This document shows, piece after piece, positions 54,958-64,000 of a stretch of 64,000 bases of DNA. A program made the translations under genes and the position numbers. The notes under the pieces were generated by a model. The model had not been told where the DNA came from. It worked only from the letters and a program-made list of their open reading frames with translations, and made no database searches. How positions within the stretch are numbered: position 1 is the stretch's first letter; each line of letters opens with the position of its first letter. Location of the stretch: sequence record CP121101.1; one strand, written 5' to 3'. This stretch comes from a plasmid.

Positions 54958-57100
54958 CTATCTGATATCGCCGAGTGTTATGAATCTATTTGCATTGTTG
55001 AAATCGAGGTCAAGCATCAGCTCTTCGGTACCCTGTGCTGTCAGCACCATCACGTGCAAGTCAGCTCGTTTTCGCATGCCAACAATTTCAGCTGTGATCA
55101 TTGTGCCACCCAGGATAGAACGCTCAAACGTCAATACCGATGCAATGGCGTGCTGAATTTTGGACACTGCATCGCGTCTCGCTTTGGGATCCATGTTCTT
55201 GTTCGCGCCATTTTGATCTAGAAGGTGTAGAAAAGCCCCGGGCTGACAAAACAGAGCCTGCGTTCTGAAACGATATGTACTGCGCCAGCTCTTGCATTGA
55301 CCTGGATGGTCCCGGTCATGATCTGTGCACGTAGCCACTCAATAAATTGGTGTGCTGTATCAGAACGGCCAGAATTTTTTTTTTTGATGGAGTGTGGCGC
55401 GGACTGTCGAGTCTCCTGACGTGTACTCGGCGCCTCATTTCCTTGAATGAAGTTTTTGAAGTCGTCGCTTGTAGTCTTCACCGTCAAAGGGTATTCAACG
55501 TTGCTCGCTACCACTTCGGCAGTAAGTTCAGTGAAGCTCTGATTATCGGTGCAGGTTGGTGGGACTTGCTCATTACGCTGTTGAGGTTGTGACTCCATGC
55601 TCTGATCGGGTGGGACCATTTTGGCTTCAGGAGCGGCGGTGTTTTTCGGTATCGTCTGAGTAGAGATAGCCTTCTGATCTGAATGAACTTGTGATTGAGC
55701 GGGCTTAGCAACCTGCTTCACATCGCTTGTTGATGAGCCTGCCTTGGCCGGCTGAGCTTCACCGGGGATCTGATGATGATATTGTTCATCTACAGATGGG
55801 CATAGAAGCCTGCCGGTGTAGACTGGAAGCTTTGCATCTGGGTCTAGGACCTGGCGTTTGATCAGCACCACTGCAAGTGGCTTTTGATTTGGAGTGAACA
55901 TGAGCGAGTGCATCGCCTTCCCATTCATGTTCAGTATCAACATGCCGTTGTCACCCATTGTGTCGTAAATCAAGCTGGTGTTATCCGGCAGGAACTGGTT
56001 TTCGGAGCCGAGGGCAGATCGGATGCATTCGACGAAACGCGGGGCGACACAAGCAATGAAGTGTTGGGATACCCAATAGGGTGAATTTTTCTTGTTAGGC
56101 TCAAAGTCACGCAGTGACAGCGTAATTCCCTTGATGGCCAGGGCATGAATTTGCGGCCTTTTTGCAAGAGAGCTATTCACAGTGGCTTGTGCAGCTATTG
56201 CTACAGGGGCATCTGCCATGGGTCGCCTGTTGATTGAGAGTCGCACTCAATCACGCACCGACCGATATTCCCCCCTAGCTCCATTGCTTTTCCACCAATC
56301 GTGGCAAGCCATTCATCGCGGATGATTGATTTTTTCCAGATCCAACTGAGTGCAGCCCTTGGCATGATTTGGAATATCAGTGGAAGACTCGCAACTTCGT
56401 GTACGCCGTGCTGGCGGCGGTCATTGTATCGATAGATGTACTTGGTACCCGGCGCCATGGGGCCAAGGTGTGGCAACCAGGGTGTCATGTTTGACCCCTT
56501 CACAACCACCACATCAACATCAGTGAGGAGCTTGCCAATATCGTGCAGTGCCCCCGCTGAAGTCATCGCGAAGATATATAAGGCCTGCCATTGAGAGATC
56601 TGTTCCTCTCCATCGGCTATGTATAAGAATCGACCTGCGATTCGGGCTGAGTACACCGCAACTTCGATACTGTGCTCTAACAGACCACCAAGGTGAGCGT
56701 GGTGATGTCGTTCACTCGCGGGCAGGTGCTGGCACCAAGCTGCAAGATTTCGAAAGAGCTCCATGTAAATTTGATTGAATCGGGTCTCATCGAGTTGCGT
56801 GAACGCACTCAAGTTCTGCAGCAGGGGTATATGGCGTTTTAACAAGGCATCAGGGCTCTCTGCGACGAGGGCACCACCGCTTAATGCATTTGCTTGTTGT
56901 GCTGGATCAGCGTGTGATTTGTTATCGATTTGTCCGACTTGTTGCCTTGTTGACCGCTTGAACCACCAATTACGCACGCCTGCTTCTCCTTCACTTCTTG
57001 TAGTATTTTCTTCCAAACACTGATCACTCTGGGGTCAGCCTCTGGCATCACTTTTCTCTGAACTTGTGTTGGGTACATTCGACCGATGAAAGAGTGAAGG
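54958..57100 (-). CDS. traI: MOBH-family conjugative relaxase TraI (N-terminal HD-hydrolase-type domain), fragmented into at least 3 ORFs by apparent frameshifts (56201-56246, 55218-55338, poly-T runs at 55370 and 54940); start approximate
   Basis: HLPASERHHHAHLGGLLEHSIEVA and ALHDIGK (HD motifs) parallel PFGI-1/pKLC102 TraI (HLLPASEAHHHRGAGGLFRHGLEVA...CHDLGK). Confidence 0.65.
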
Positions 57101-57507
57101 GCTTCATCTTCAGGGTTCCAGCTTTCCCCCTGGCAGTAGAAGTGCAGCCTCCCTAATGAACAGCTTGCTATCGCCATATGGGCGGCGGCTTCCGGAGTTT
57201 TCTCGGTTTGTGGCAATGGCTTGCCACAAGCAGCAACGGAAGTTCATTTTTGGGGGCCATTGAGCTGGGTGTTGCTGAGTCAAAAATTGCACAGTGGGCG
57301 GAAAAATCTCTGATCGCTGTATAAAGGACTCTCATCTCTGGCTCAAGAGCAAAGTTGAGCTTGTCCTTCCCGGTCAGAAATTCGTATAACTCACCCCAAG
57401 GGTTCACCGCTTTCTCTTTAACCAACACAACACCCCCCTTTAAGTTTTGTGGCATTATCTAGCAACTGAGGACTAATAAACGGCTGTCAATTTAGAGGGG
57501 GGTTTTT

Positions 57508-59076
57508 ATGGCGGGTGTTTGGGTTGTAAAGGGGGGGACGCTTCAACCGATTAGGCGTCTCGAGAAGTCTATAATCCTGCATCCAGACAACCGCGATAGC
57601 CTTGAGACGCAGGAGCTTCTTGCAACGTTGCACCACAATAAGTATTGGCTACTCTGTGGGTGTAAGAAGCCGGACGCGAGGATGTTTGTGCGCCAGGTTG
57701 CGGAAGATAGGTACCTGATAGTCAATCACCATGAGCATGGTCACCACGACCCACATTGCCCTCTGCGCACGTCTCTTGGGTTGGGAGGCGCATCGGAGGA
57801 CTCTGGCCCTGATGCTGGCGACAACACTACCGCGATGAAGCAGCCAGAGTATCGCCTGATCTCTCCATACCGCAAGATAGACCTGCTTTCGTTGGATGGT
57901 GATGTCATTGATGATGCGGAAGCACAACGGAGTGCTGCTCTTGATGAATTGGGCATATCACCTGTTGATAATTCGGATAAACCGAAACGAACTCAGGCTG
58001 AGAACCCCGCTCAGAAGGTAGATGTTCTCTACAAACTCCTCTGGCAACTGATGGACGATTCGTTCTGCACTTATCGTCACCACCGGCAGAAGATCTCGAT
58101 GAACTCTTTGCAGATGAAGATACGGGCGGCAGCGTATCCGCTCAATCTCAAAGGGTTTGGGTGCTTGCAGCAATTCACATTTGTTGGGGAACAGGGATTG
58201 GACATGCTGCTTGGCCAACTAAATCGTGCCCATAAACGCGACCCTAAGACCCGGCACCAATTCCTTTTTTTGTGTGTGATCGCCGACTACACCCTGTTTA
58301 ATGGTGCGGCTTCTTGCGTCTTGCTCAATGGTTCTGCACTAATGTTGGGGCAGGCTAAACGACCACCACTGTTGCTAAATGGGATGCAGTCAGGTGATGG
58401 TCCGTTCATGCTGGCTGTAACCTTTGCCTACGATAAGCCAACCGATGAGGGACCCTCAATCCTCCGTTGGGCGTTGCAACCGCTTGCCAGTGCAGAGACC
58501 CCGTTACCAGTTGCCAGTTGGCCAGAGCGCCTTATTGTGATTGAGATGGCCCGTTGCCTGGACAACATTGATCCCAACATCAGCACACGTTACCAGCTCT
58601 GGTTGCATAAGCCTGTTTTGCCAATGGTCGACCGAATGACTGGAGTCTGGATCCAGCCGGCGATCACGTTGATGGCCAAGGACTCTCGCGGTGAACGTTG
58701 CCGCGTTGCCTTCAGGCTCCAGGGGGAGGGTGACAATATCGAGGCCTACAAACGTACTTTTGAGCATGTCCATACCCTGGATCTGGATAGCCCCAGTACG
58801 TTGGCTAAGTCATGCCAAGAGATGTTTGTCATTGGGAAGGGGGTGATTGACGATCACTATCGGGCGCTTGACAAAGAGCGTGCTGAACTGGAAGCAATGG
58901 AAGAACAGAAAAAAATCGAGTATCGAATGCAGAATAGAGAGCTTGAAATCCGTGGAGAGCTATCCCTAGCTTCAGCTGGCCACCCAGATATTCCCCCGAT
59001 GCCGATGGACACTCCAGAGTATGAGATCCCTTACGATGAAGAGTGGGATCGCATGATAGAGGACCCGGACGACTGA
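57508..59076 (+). CDS. DUF1173-family protein (conserved ICE protein encoded near traI in pKLC102/PFGI-1-type elements), 522 aa
   Basis: size, WLLCGCKKP Cys motif and position diverging from traI. Confidence 0.5.
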   Translation: MAGVWVVKGGTLQPIRRLEKSIILHPDNRDSLETQELLATLHHNKYWLLCGCKKPDARMFVRQVAEDRYLIVNHHEHGHHDPHCPLRTSLGLGGASEDSGPDAGDNTTAMKQPEYRLISPYRKIDLLSLDGDVIDDAEAQRSAALDELGISPVDNSDKPKRTQAENPAQKVDVLYKLLWQLMDDSFCTYRHHRQKISMNSLQMKIRAAAYPLNLKGFGCLQQFTFVGEQGLDMLLGQLNRAHKRDPKTRHQFLFLCVIADYTLFNGAASCVLLNGSALMLGQAKRPPLLLNGMQSGDGPFMLAVTFAYDKPTDEGPSILRWALQPLASAETPLPVASWPERLIVIEMARCLDNIDPNISTRYQLWLHKPVLPMVDRMTGVWIQPAITLMAKDSRGERCRVAFRLQGEGDNIEAYKRTFEHVHTLDLDSPSTLAKSCQEMFVIGKGVIDDHYRALDKERAELEAMEEQKKIEYRMQNRELEIRGELSLASAGHPDIPPMPMDTPEYEIPYDEEWDRMIEDPDD

Positions 59077-59085
59077 ATTTCGGGC

Positions 59086-59125
59086 AAAAAAAAACCACGC
59101 CAATAGGCGTGGTTTTTTGTTTTTT
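59086..59125 (+). terminator. rho-independent terminator (A-run, ccacgcc-aatag-gcgtgg, T6)
   Basis: aaaaaaaaaccacgccaataggcgtggttttttgtttttt directly after the DUF1173 stop. Confidence 0.75.
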
Positions 59126-59571
59126 AACTTCGGGCCTTAATTCGCAGGAGGCGTGAACGTTCAAATGCGGCCGCATCCTCCCGGCACATAAACCAGAAAC
59201 GAATCGCAAAGGCTAAGCCGACGACTTCAAGTGCTAAAACAATGTTGATCCACATAATGAGATCCTTGGCCAGAAAGGCCTGGTTGAGGTGGCCCAGATG
59301 GGCGGGTTGGAGGTTGGCAGCCGCGGTTAGCGGTACAGGCTGGTTATGCCATCGCCTGTCAGCACACTCTCGGGAGAGAGTGGTTTGGGCTGTGCGCATA
59401 TGAGGGCGCTCAGGCCAAACATGACAGTCTGAGAACGACAAAACGCAGCCAGGGCTGCGTTTTGTGATTGGGGTGACTCCGATGCATTTCTGCGTGTGCT
59501 ATGCGGGTAAACCGAAGGAGAATGAGCACTTCGGTAAAATTATCCTATAAGCGGCCGTCATGCAACGGCTG

Positions 59572-60285
59572 TTATTTATTGCCCATGATGTTCGTGACCA
59601 ATTTCTTGAGCATCCCGGGTTCGTGTTGCCCTTCCTGGGAAATGGGATGGCCCTGTTCACTGTTTGGTGAGTGACGGCGGGAGCGTTCTTGCCTATCACG
59701 CTCTGCCCGCTCTAGCGCGACGCGATAAGTGATACTGCCGCGCATAAAACCAATCAAGGCGCTGAAGCTGAGGCAAAATGCCTGGCACAGTCTGCGGCTG
59801 GTTTCATGCTTGTCTTTGGGTGAGCGATTGTGGGTCAGCAGCTCCATAAACTGCAGATCACGGTCGCTGGGCCCATCTGGAATGACGATGCCTGTTGGAG
59901 GGGTGATGTCGAAAACCTCCAGGATCGCTTTCTCTGGTGAGTAACCCATATCGAAGACAAGCTGGCGTAGCCTTGTGATGTGCTGCCGTGCTCGTTCTGC
60001 TCTCCGGTCGGCCTCGATCATCTCCAATTTAGTGGCACTCATACCCGGGGTGCATAAGGTGGAGGCATTTATTGGTTTGATGTTGACTGCCAGAAAACCT
60101 TTTTGTACGGCGCGAGCGTTGAATTCTACAATCATGCCGACTTCAGGAGGAGCCTCACCTAGCCAGTTTTGAGGGGTGATGAAGTAATCGACGCCGGAGA
60201 TGTCTGCGATAGTGCCGATGGGGCCCGTATCATTGATCACTGTACCGACGACAAAGCCGCGTAGAGGGCCAAATGCGATGCTCAT
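59572..60285 (-). CDS. hypothetical protein, 237 aa (ICE-associated)
   Basis: ORF. Confidence 0.45.
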   Translation of the reverse strand: MSIAFGPLRGFVVGTVINDTGPIGTIADISGVDYFITPQNWLGEAPPEVGMIVEFNARAVQKGFLAVNIKPINASTLCTPGMSATKLEMIEADRRAERARQHITRLRQLVFDMGYSPEKAILEVFDITPPTGIVIPDGPSDRDLQFMELLTHNRSPKDKHETSRRLCQAFCLSFSALIGFMRGSITYRVALERAERDRQERSRRHSPNSEQGHPISQEGQHEPGMLKKLVTNIMGNK

Positions 60286-60291
60286 GATTTA

Positions 60292-60666
60292 CTACTGCTC
60301 CTGGTAAAGCCAGAGGCGCGAGATAAGCGGCTCATTGGCGGTTTTTTTTGTTTGCCGCGGTGGGCGTTTTTGGGTGACGTCGTAGTTCTTTAGAAGACCG
60401 ATCTTCACCTTCTGAGCTCCGAGAATGAGAACCGGGGTCGATGCTACTTGCATACGACGGCTATCTCCTTCCACCAGCCAGGCTTGCGGATGGACTGGAT
60501 TGGGGCGCCGGATGACAAGACGAGCATCATCGGAGAGTGCGGATAGCAGCACAATTTCATCCTCTAGCTGTGCGACCCAACCAGTTGGATCGATTACATG
60601 GCGAGGGGGGGAGTCCTGTGATGCTCTAAGCGTACCGATGATCTGTTGTTTGGTCATTCTCTGCAT
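60292..60666 (-). CDS. hypothetical protein, 124 aa
   Basis: ORF. Confidence 0.4.
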   Translation of the reverse strand: MQRMTKQQIIGTLRASQDSPPRHVIDPTGWVAQLEDEIVLLSALSDDARLVIRRPNPVHPQAWLVEGDSRRMQVASTPVLILGAQKVKIGLLKNYDVTQKRPPRQTKKTANEPLISRLWLYQEQ

Positions 60667-61202
60667 AGTGTTTTTATGAGCCCAACAGAACGAAATTGAT
60701 CGGGCTGTGTGTCGCAGGCGACGGTGATTTGTCGGTAAAACTGCAAAGTGATCAGCCCCTCGAACATGCCTTTGCTATGCAGAAACTCCCACCGAGTATT
60801 GGGTCCCCCAATTATTGTGCCTGAGTTTGTTACTAGGTCTCGGAAGGTTTTTCGGTCTGCATTAATGGCATCGATTATACCGGCGAGCTCCTCGTTGTGC
60901 CTGGAGTGAATCTGAATCGCTCCCGGCAAGCGGTACACCAGGCGAGTGTTTTCACCAGCGTCCGCGTACAGATGGCCCCAAGCATGGTGAGCAGCATACA
61001 GAGCTTCGAGTCCGTGAGCCGGAGTCACCGTTATAGAGGGAGTGTCGTGGCGGGTATCCTGCTTCGGGTCATGCGGGGGGAGGGCAAAGGTGCTTCCTTG
61101 GATGAACTCGCTGTCGTCAATGAAGTCGCGCAGCATGGCCAACAGCTGGTGTTGACGCTGCTCCAGAGTGCGGAGCTGTGCAGCTAGTTCGTACTTATTC
61201 AT
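60654..61202 (-). CDS. hypothetical protein (~182 aa from MNKYELAAQLRTLEQRQ..., N-terminal coiled coil)
   Basis: ORF; 13-bp overlap with the downstream gene. Confidence 0.4.
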   Translation of the reverse strand: MNKYELAAQLRTLEQRQHQLLAMLRDFIDDSEFIQGSTFALPPHDPKQDTRHDTPSITVTPAHGLEALYAAHHAWGHLYADAGENTRLVYRLPGAIQIHSRHNEELAGIIDAINADRKTFRDLVTNSGTIIGGPNTRWEFLHSKGMFEGLITLQFYRQITVACDTQPDQFRSVGLIKTLCRE

Positions 61203-61623
61203 GGGGCACTCCATCGAGGGGCTCAAACTGGTGCTATTATGACCAGTGGAGAGTGATTTCTCAACCAACATTCCTATAGGATGATCTTCAATCAGAACAC
61301 AGCCCTTCGGGCTGTGCTCAACTCCTGGGCTACTTTGCTCTAACGACGCCCCGAGTGCTCGGCTAGACCCGGTTCCGCTACTTCTGCGAGACCGCGCTCG
61401 CGCGAAGAGAAAGGGTGAGAGAGTGAAGAGAAAGAGAGAAAATAGAGATCATTACTTAGGCTTCGGAGTTTATGAGGATCGTATCGGTTCAGCAGCTAGG
61501 CGTCTTGTATCAGTTATCGAAATAGGAATGTTGGTTGAGATTTTAAATGTGACCACCTATCACAATAAGCTCTCCCCCGGAGATACCTCACACCTATGGC
61601 GCGATGGCCACAAAGCAGGGCAT

Positions 61624-61652
61624 AAAAAAGCCCCGCTGTGCGGGGCTATTTC
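61624..61652. terminator. bidirectional terminator hairpin (gccccgc-tgt-gcggggc, A6 upstream, tatttctt downstream)
   Basis: third member of the gccccgc...gcggggc hairpin family. Confidence 0.6.
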
Positions 61653-61684
61653 TTGAATGTCAGTCTATGTGCTGCATTCACTGT

Positions 61685-62065
61685 TCAACAGACCTCATCT
61701 AGTGAGAGGTAACCTTGCGCACTGAGCCAGTTCAGTACCGCTTCGTGAAGAAGCTGGTCCGACTCCATTTTCAGTACAGACTCGAGAATCACTCGAGCCA
61801 GGCAATCCCCATCTTTCTTGTCAGCATGATCGTAGTCGAAGATGCATGCAAGCCGGGAGTAATCAACTAGCTCAGCAATCCAGGCAGAGGTTTTGCCACA
61901 GGCGGTAACCAGAGCATCCATTACCCCATCGTGTTCGTCCGGAGAGGCCTTACGATCACGTAAGTGCATTTGCCAGGTGTTTGCCAGCAGATAACCCATG
62001 GTGCTATCGAACATCGGTTTAGTAGCTACGGTGGTAGTAGCGGTATCTTGCAATGAGTTGTGCAT
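61685..62065 (-). CDS. hypothetical protein, 126 aa
   Basis: ORF followed by terminator. Confidence 0.45.
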   Translation of the reverse strand: MHNSLQDTATTTVATKPMFDSTMGYLLANTWQMHLRDRKASPDEHDGVMDALVTACGKTSAWIAELVDYSRLACIFDYDHADKKDGDCLARVILESVLKMESDQLLHEAVLNWLSAQGYLSLDEVC

Positions 62066-62183
62066 TTGTATTCCAAAAGCCCAGAGGGCTGGTTAAACCT
62101 TCAACACGAATGTTGAGGCGAAAGGCCGTTGGCCTGGTTGAAGTGAATAGGGGTATAGCAGTCCAAAAAATCAGATTGACGAC

Positions 62184-62525
62184 CTATTCGTTATGGAAAA
62201 GAACATATCCAGCTCCGATTTTGCTGGCATCTCTGAACACCGGCCACAATCGTTCTGGGATTGCTCCTTCATCGAGGGCGTCGTAGTTCGCCATATTAAA
62301 AAGAAACTCATAAGTTGGGTTGTCATGGTGATGGTTGCCCTTATGAGAGAAGGAGGCGTGCTCACGCACCCATTCCCACTCCGGGACGTCATATGCGCAG
62401 TCATAATCTCCGACGGTTTCAGGCATGCTGATTTCCAGCACATGACAGACAGGGCCGGCAGTCACTGCCGGTATCTGAGACTTTCCGACTCTTAGATCAA
62501 TGACCTCGATTACTGCGCCCCGCAT
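62184..62525 (-). CDS. hypothetical protein (~113 aa from MRGAVIEV...); C-terminus ...KIGAGYVLFHNE is faintly SUKH/SMI1-KNR4-like
   Basis: ORF; the longer 160-aa ORF would overlap the transposon IR, so the internal start is preferred. Confidence 0.35.
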   Translation of the reverse strand: MRGAVIEVIDLRVGKSQIPAVTAGPVCHVLEISMPETVGDYDCAYDVPEWEWVREHASFSHKGNHHHDNPTYEFLFNMANYDALDEGAIPERLWPVFRDASKIGAGYVLFHNE

Positions 62526-62566
62526 GGACGATGCGATACTCTCAACGACCCTTAGAAGCTCTGGAA

Positions 62567-62604
62567 GGGGTCGTCTCAGAAAACGGAAAATAAAGCACGC
62601 TAAG
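62567..62604. repeat. 38-bp terminal IR of a second Tn3-family transposon (GGGGTCGTCTCAGAAAACGGAAAATAAAGCACGCTAAG; Tn5393-like from memory)
   Basis: canonical Tn3-family IR ending ...ACGCTAAG, overlapping the tnpA stop. Confidence 0.8.
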
Positions 62605-64000
62605 CCGGTTGCAGAGGCCGTAGCGGCCTGAACTTCCCCGCGCCGATCTTGGCGCTGCTGCGCCATAGGTAATCACCGGTCAGGTTGATGTGCTCCCAGC
62701 CGAGAGTGGCGACAGGTACTGCAATAGCGAGTCATCGACGGCATGACCATTGCCGCGCAACGCATGCGCCGCACGCTCCAGGTAGACCGTGTTCCACAGC
62801 ACGATGGCCGCCGTCACCAGGTTGAGGCCGCTGGCCCGGTAGCGCTGCTGCTCGAAACTGCGGTCACGGATTTCACCAAGGCGGTTGAAGAACACGGCAC
62901 GGGCCAGCGCATTGCGCGCCTCGCCCTTGTTCAGCCCGGCATGCACGCGGCGGCGTAGCTCGACGCTTTGCAGCCAGTCGAGGATGAACAGCGTGCGCTC
63001 GATGCGGCCCAACTCGCGCAGCGCGACGGCCAAGCCGTTCTGGCGCGGGTAGCTGCCGAGTTTCCTGAGCATCAGCGAGGCCGTCACCGTGCCCTGCTTG
63101 ATCGAGGTGGCCAGCCGCAGGATTTCGTCCCAATGGGCGCGGACGTGCTTGATGTTGAGCGTGCCGCCGATCATCGGCTTGAGCGCGTCATAGGCGGCAT
63201 CGCCCTTCGGGATGTAGAGCTTGGTGTCGCCCAGGTCGCGGATGCGCGGCGCGAAGCGGAAGCCCAAGAGGTGCATCAGGGCGAAGACGTGATCGGTGAA
63301 GCCCGCCGTGTCGGTGTAGTGCTCCTCGATCCGCAGGTCGGATTCGTGGTACAGCAGGCCGTCGAGCACGTAGGTTGAGTCGCGCAGGCCGACATTGACC
63401 ACCTTGGTGTGGAATGGCGCGTATTGGTCGGAGATGTGGGTGTAGAAAGTCCGTCCTGGGCTGCTGCCATATTTTGGGTTGATGTGCCCCGTGCTCTTTG
63501 CCTTGCTAGCGGTTCGGAAATTCTGTCCGTCCGATGATGATGTGGTGCCATCGCCCCAGTGCCCGGCAAAGGGATGCCGAAACTGAGCGTTGACCAGTTC
63601 AGCCAACGCTGTCGAGTACGTTTCGTCGCGGGTATGCCAGGCTTGCAGCCAAGCGAGCTTCGCGTAGGTCGTGCCGGGGCAGGACTCGGCCATCTTGGTC
63701 AGGCCCAGGTTGATGATCGCGTCGGCCAGGATCGTGGTCAACAACAGGTTCTTGTCCTTGGCCAGATCGCCCGATTTCAAGTGCGTGAAGTGCCGGGTGA
63801 AGCCCGTCCACTCATCGACTTCGAGCAGCAGTTCGGTGATCTTGACGTGCGGCAGGACCATGGCTGTCTGGTCTATCAGCGCCTGCGCGGTGTCGGGCAC
63901 CGCCGCATCCAGCGGCGTGATCTTCAAGCCCGACTCGGTGATGATGGCATCCGGCAGGTCGTTGGCTGCCGCCATGCGGTTGACGGTGGCAAGTTGTGCT
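62600..64000 (-). CDS. tnpA: Tn3-family transposase TnpA, C-terminal ~465 aa (gene continues beyond the window end); apparent frameshift near 62690. It is ~80% similar to, not identical with, the tnpA at 9140-12113.
   Basis: ...[27 protein letters not shown]...[12 protein letters not shown]...; alternative frame gives [34 protein letters not shown] ending in the IR. Confidence 0.85.

Overview
The window reads as part of a multidrug-resistance plasmid from a Gammaproteobacterium. Positions 1-8743 hold the left portion of a complex class 1 integron on the minus strand: intI1, weak Pc and attI1, cassettes aac(6')-Ib-cr, blaOXA-1, catB3 and arr-3, then qacEdelta1-sul1, ISCR1 and a partial MOX/CMY-1-lineage AmpC gene. 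The integron's IRi end sits inside tnpR of a Tn21-subgroup Tn3-family transposon, whose tnpA follows and ends at a Tn501-like 38-39 bp IR at 12109-12147. The next ~50 kb is plasmid backbone. It contains an iteron replicon: a frameshifted Rep gene next to 7 x 22-bp iterons and a GATC-rich AT stretch. It also contains an orphan PAAR-DUF2235 (Tle1-like phospholipase) T6SS effector with two paralogous small immunity-like proteins, and an EAL-domain protein. An IS-bracketed defence island holds an MmeI-family Type IIL restriction-modification enzyme tightly coupled to a ResIII SF2 helicase and an acidic-repeat/T5orf172 protein, followed by a TIR-like (PF10137-type) protein. Further along are an IS10-like element abutting a 5'-truncated umuC/rulB-like remnant, a secreted TolA-domain-III-like protein, an AT-rich two-gene island, an IS5 copy and a membrane-anchored Mrr-like nuclease. 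A block of ICE-type (PFGI-1/pKLC102-like, MPF-G) transfer genes follows, including traD (T4CP), a lytic transglycosylase, PilL-like proteins, a MOBH traI relaxase and a DUF1173 protein. The window ends with the IR and tnpA of a second, different Tn3-family transposon whose IR resembles Tn5393. A major caveat applies throughout. Almost every long gene, including reference resistance genes such as catB3, intI1 and tnpA, shows 1-2 bp indels at homopolymers or dinucleotide repeats. These look like sequencing or assembly errors rather than biology, so many CDS are reported here as reconstructed across apparent frameshifts.
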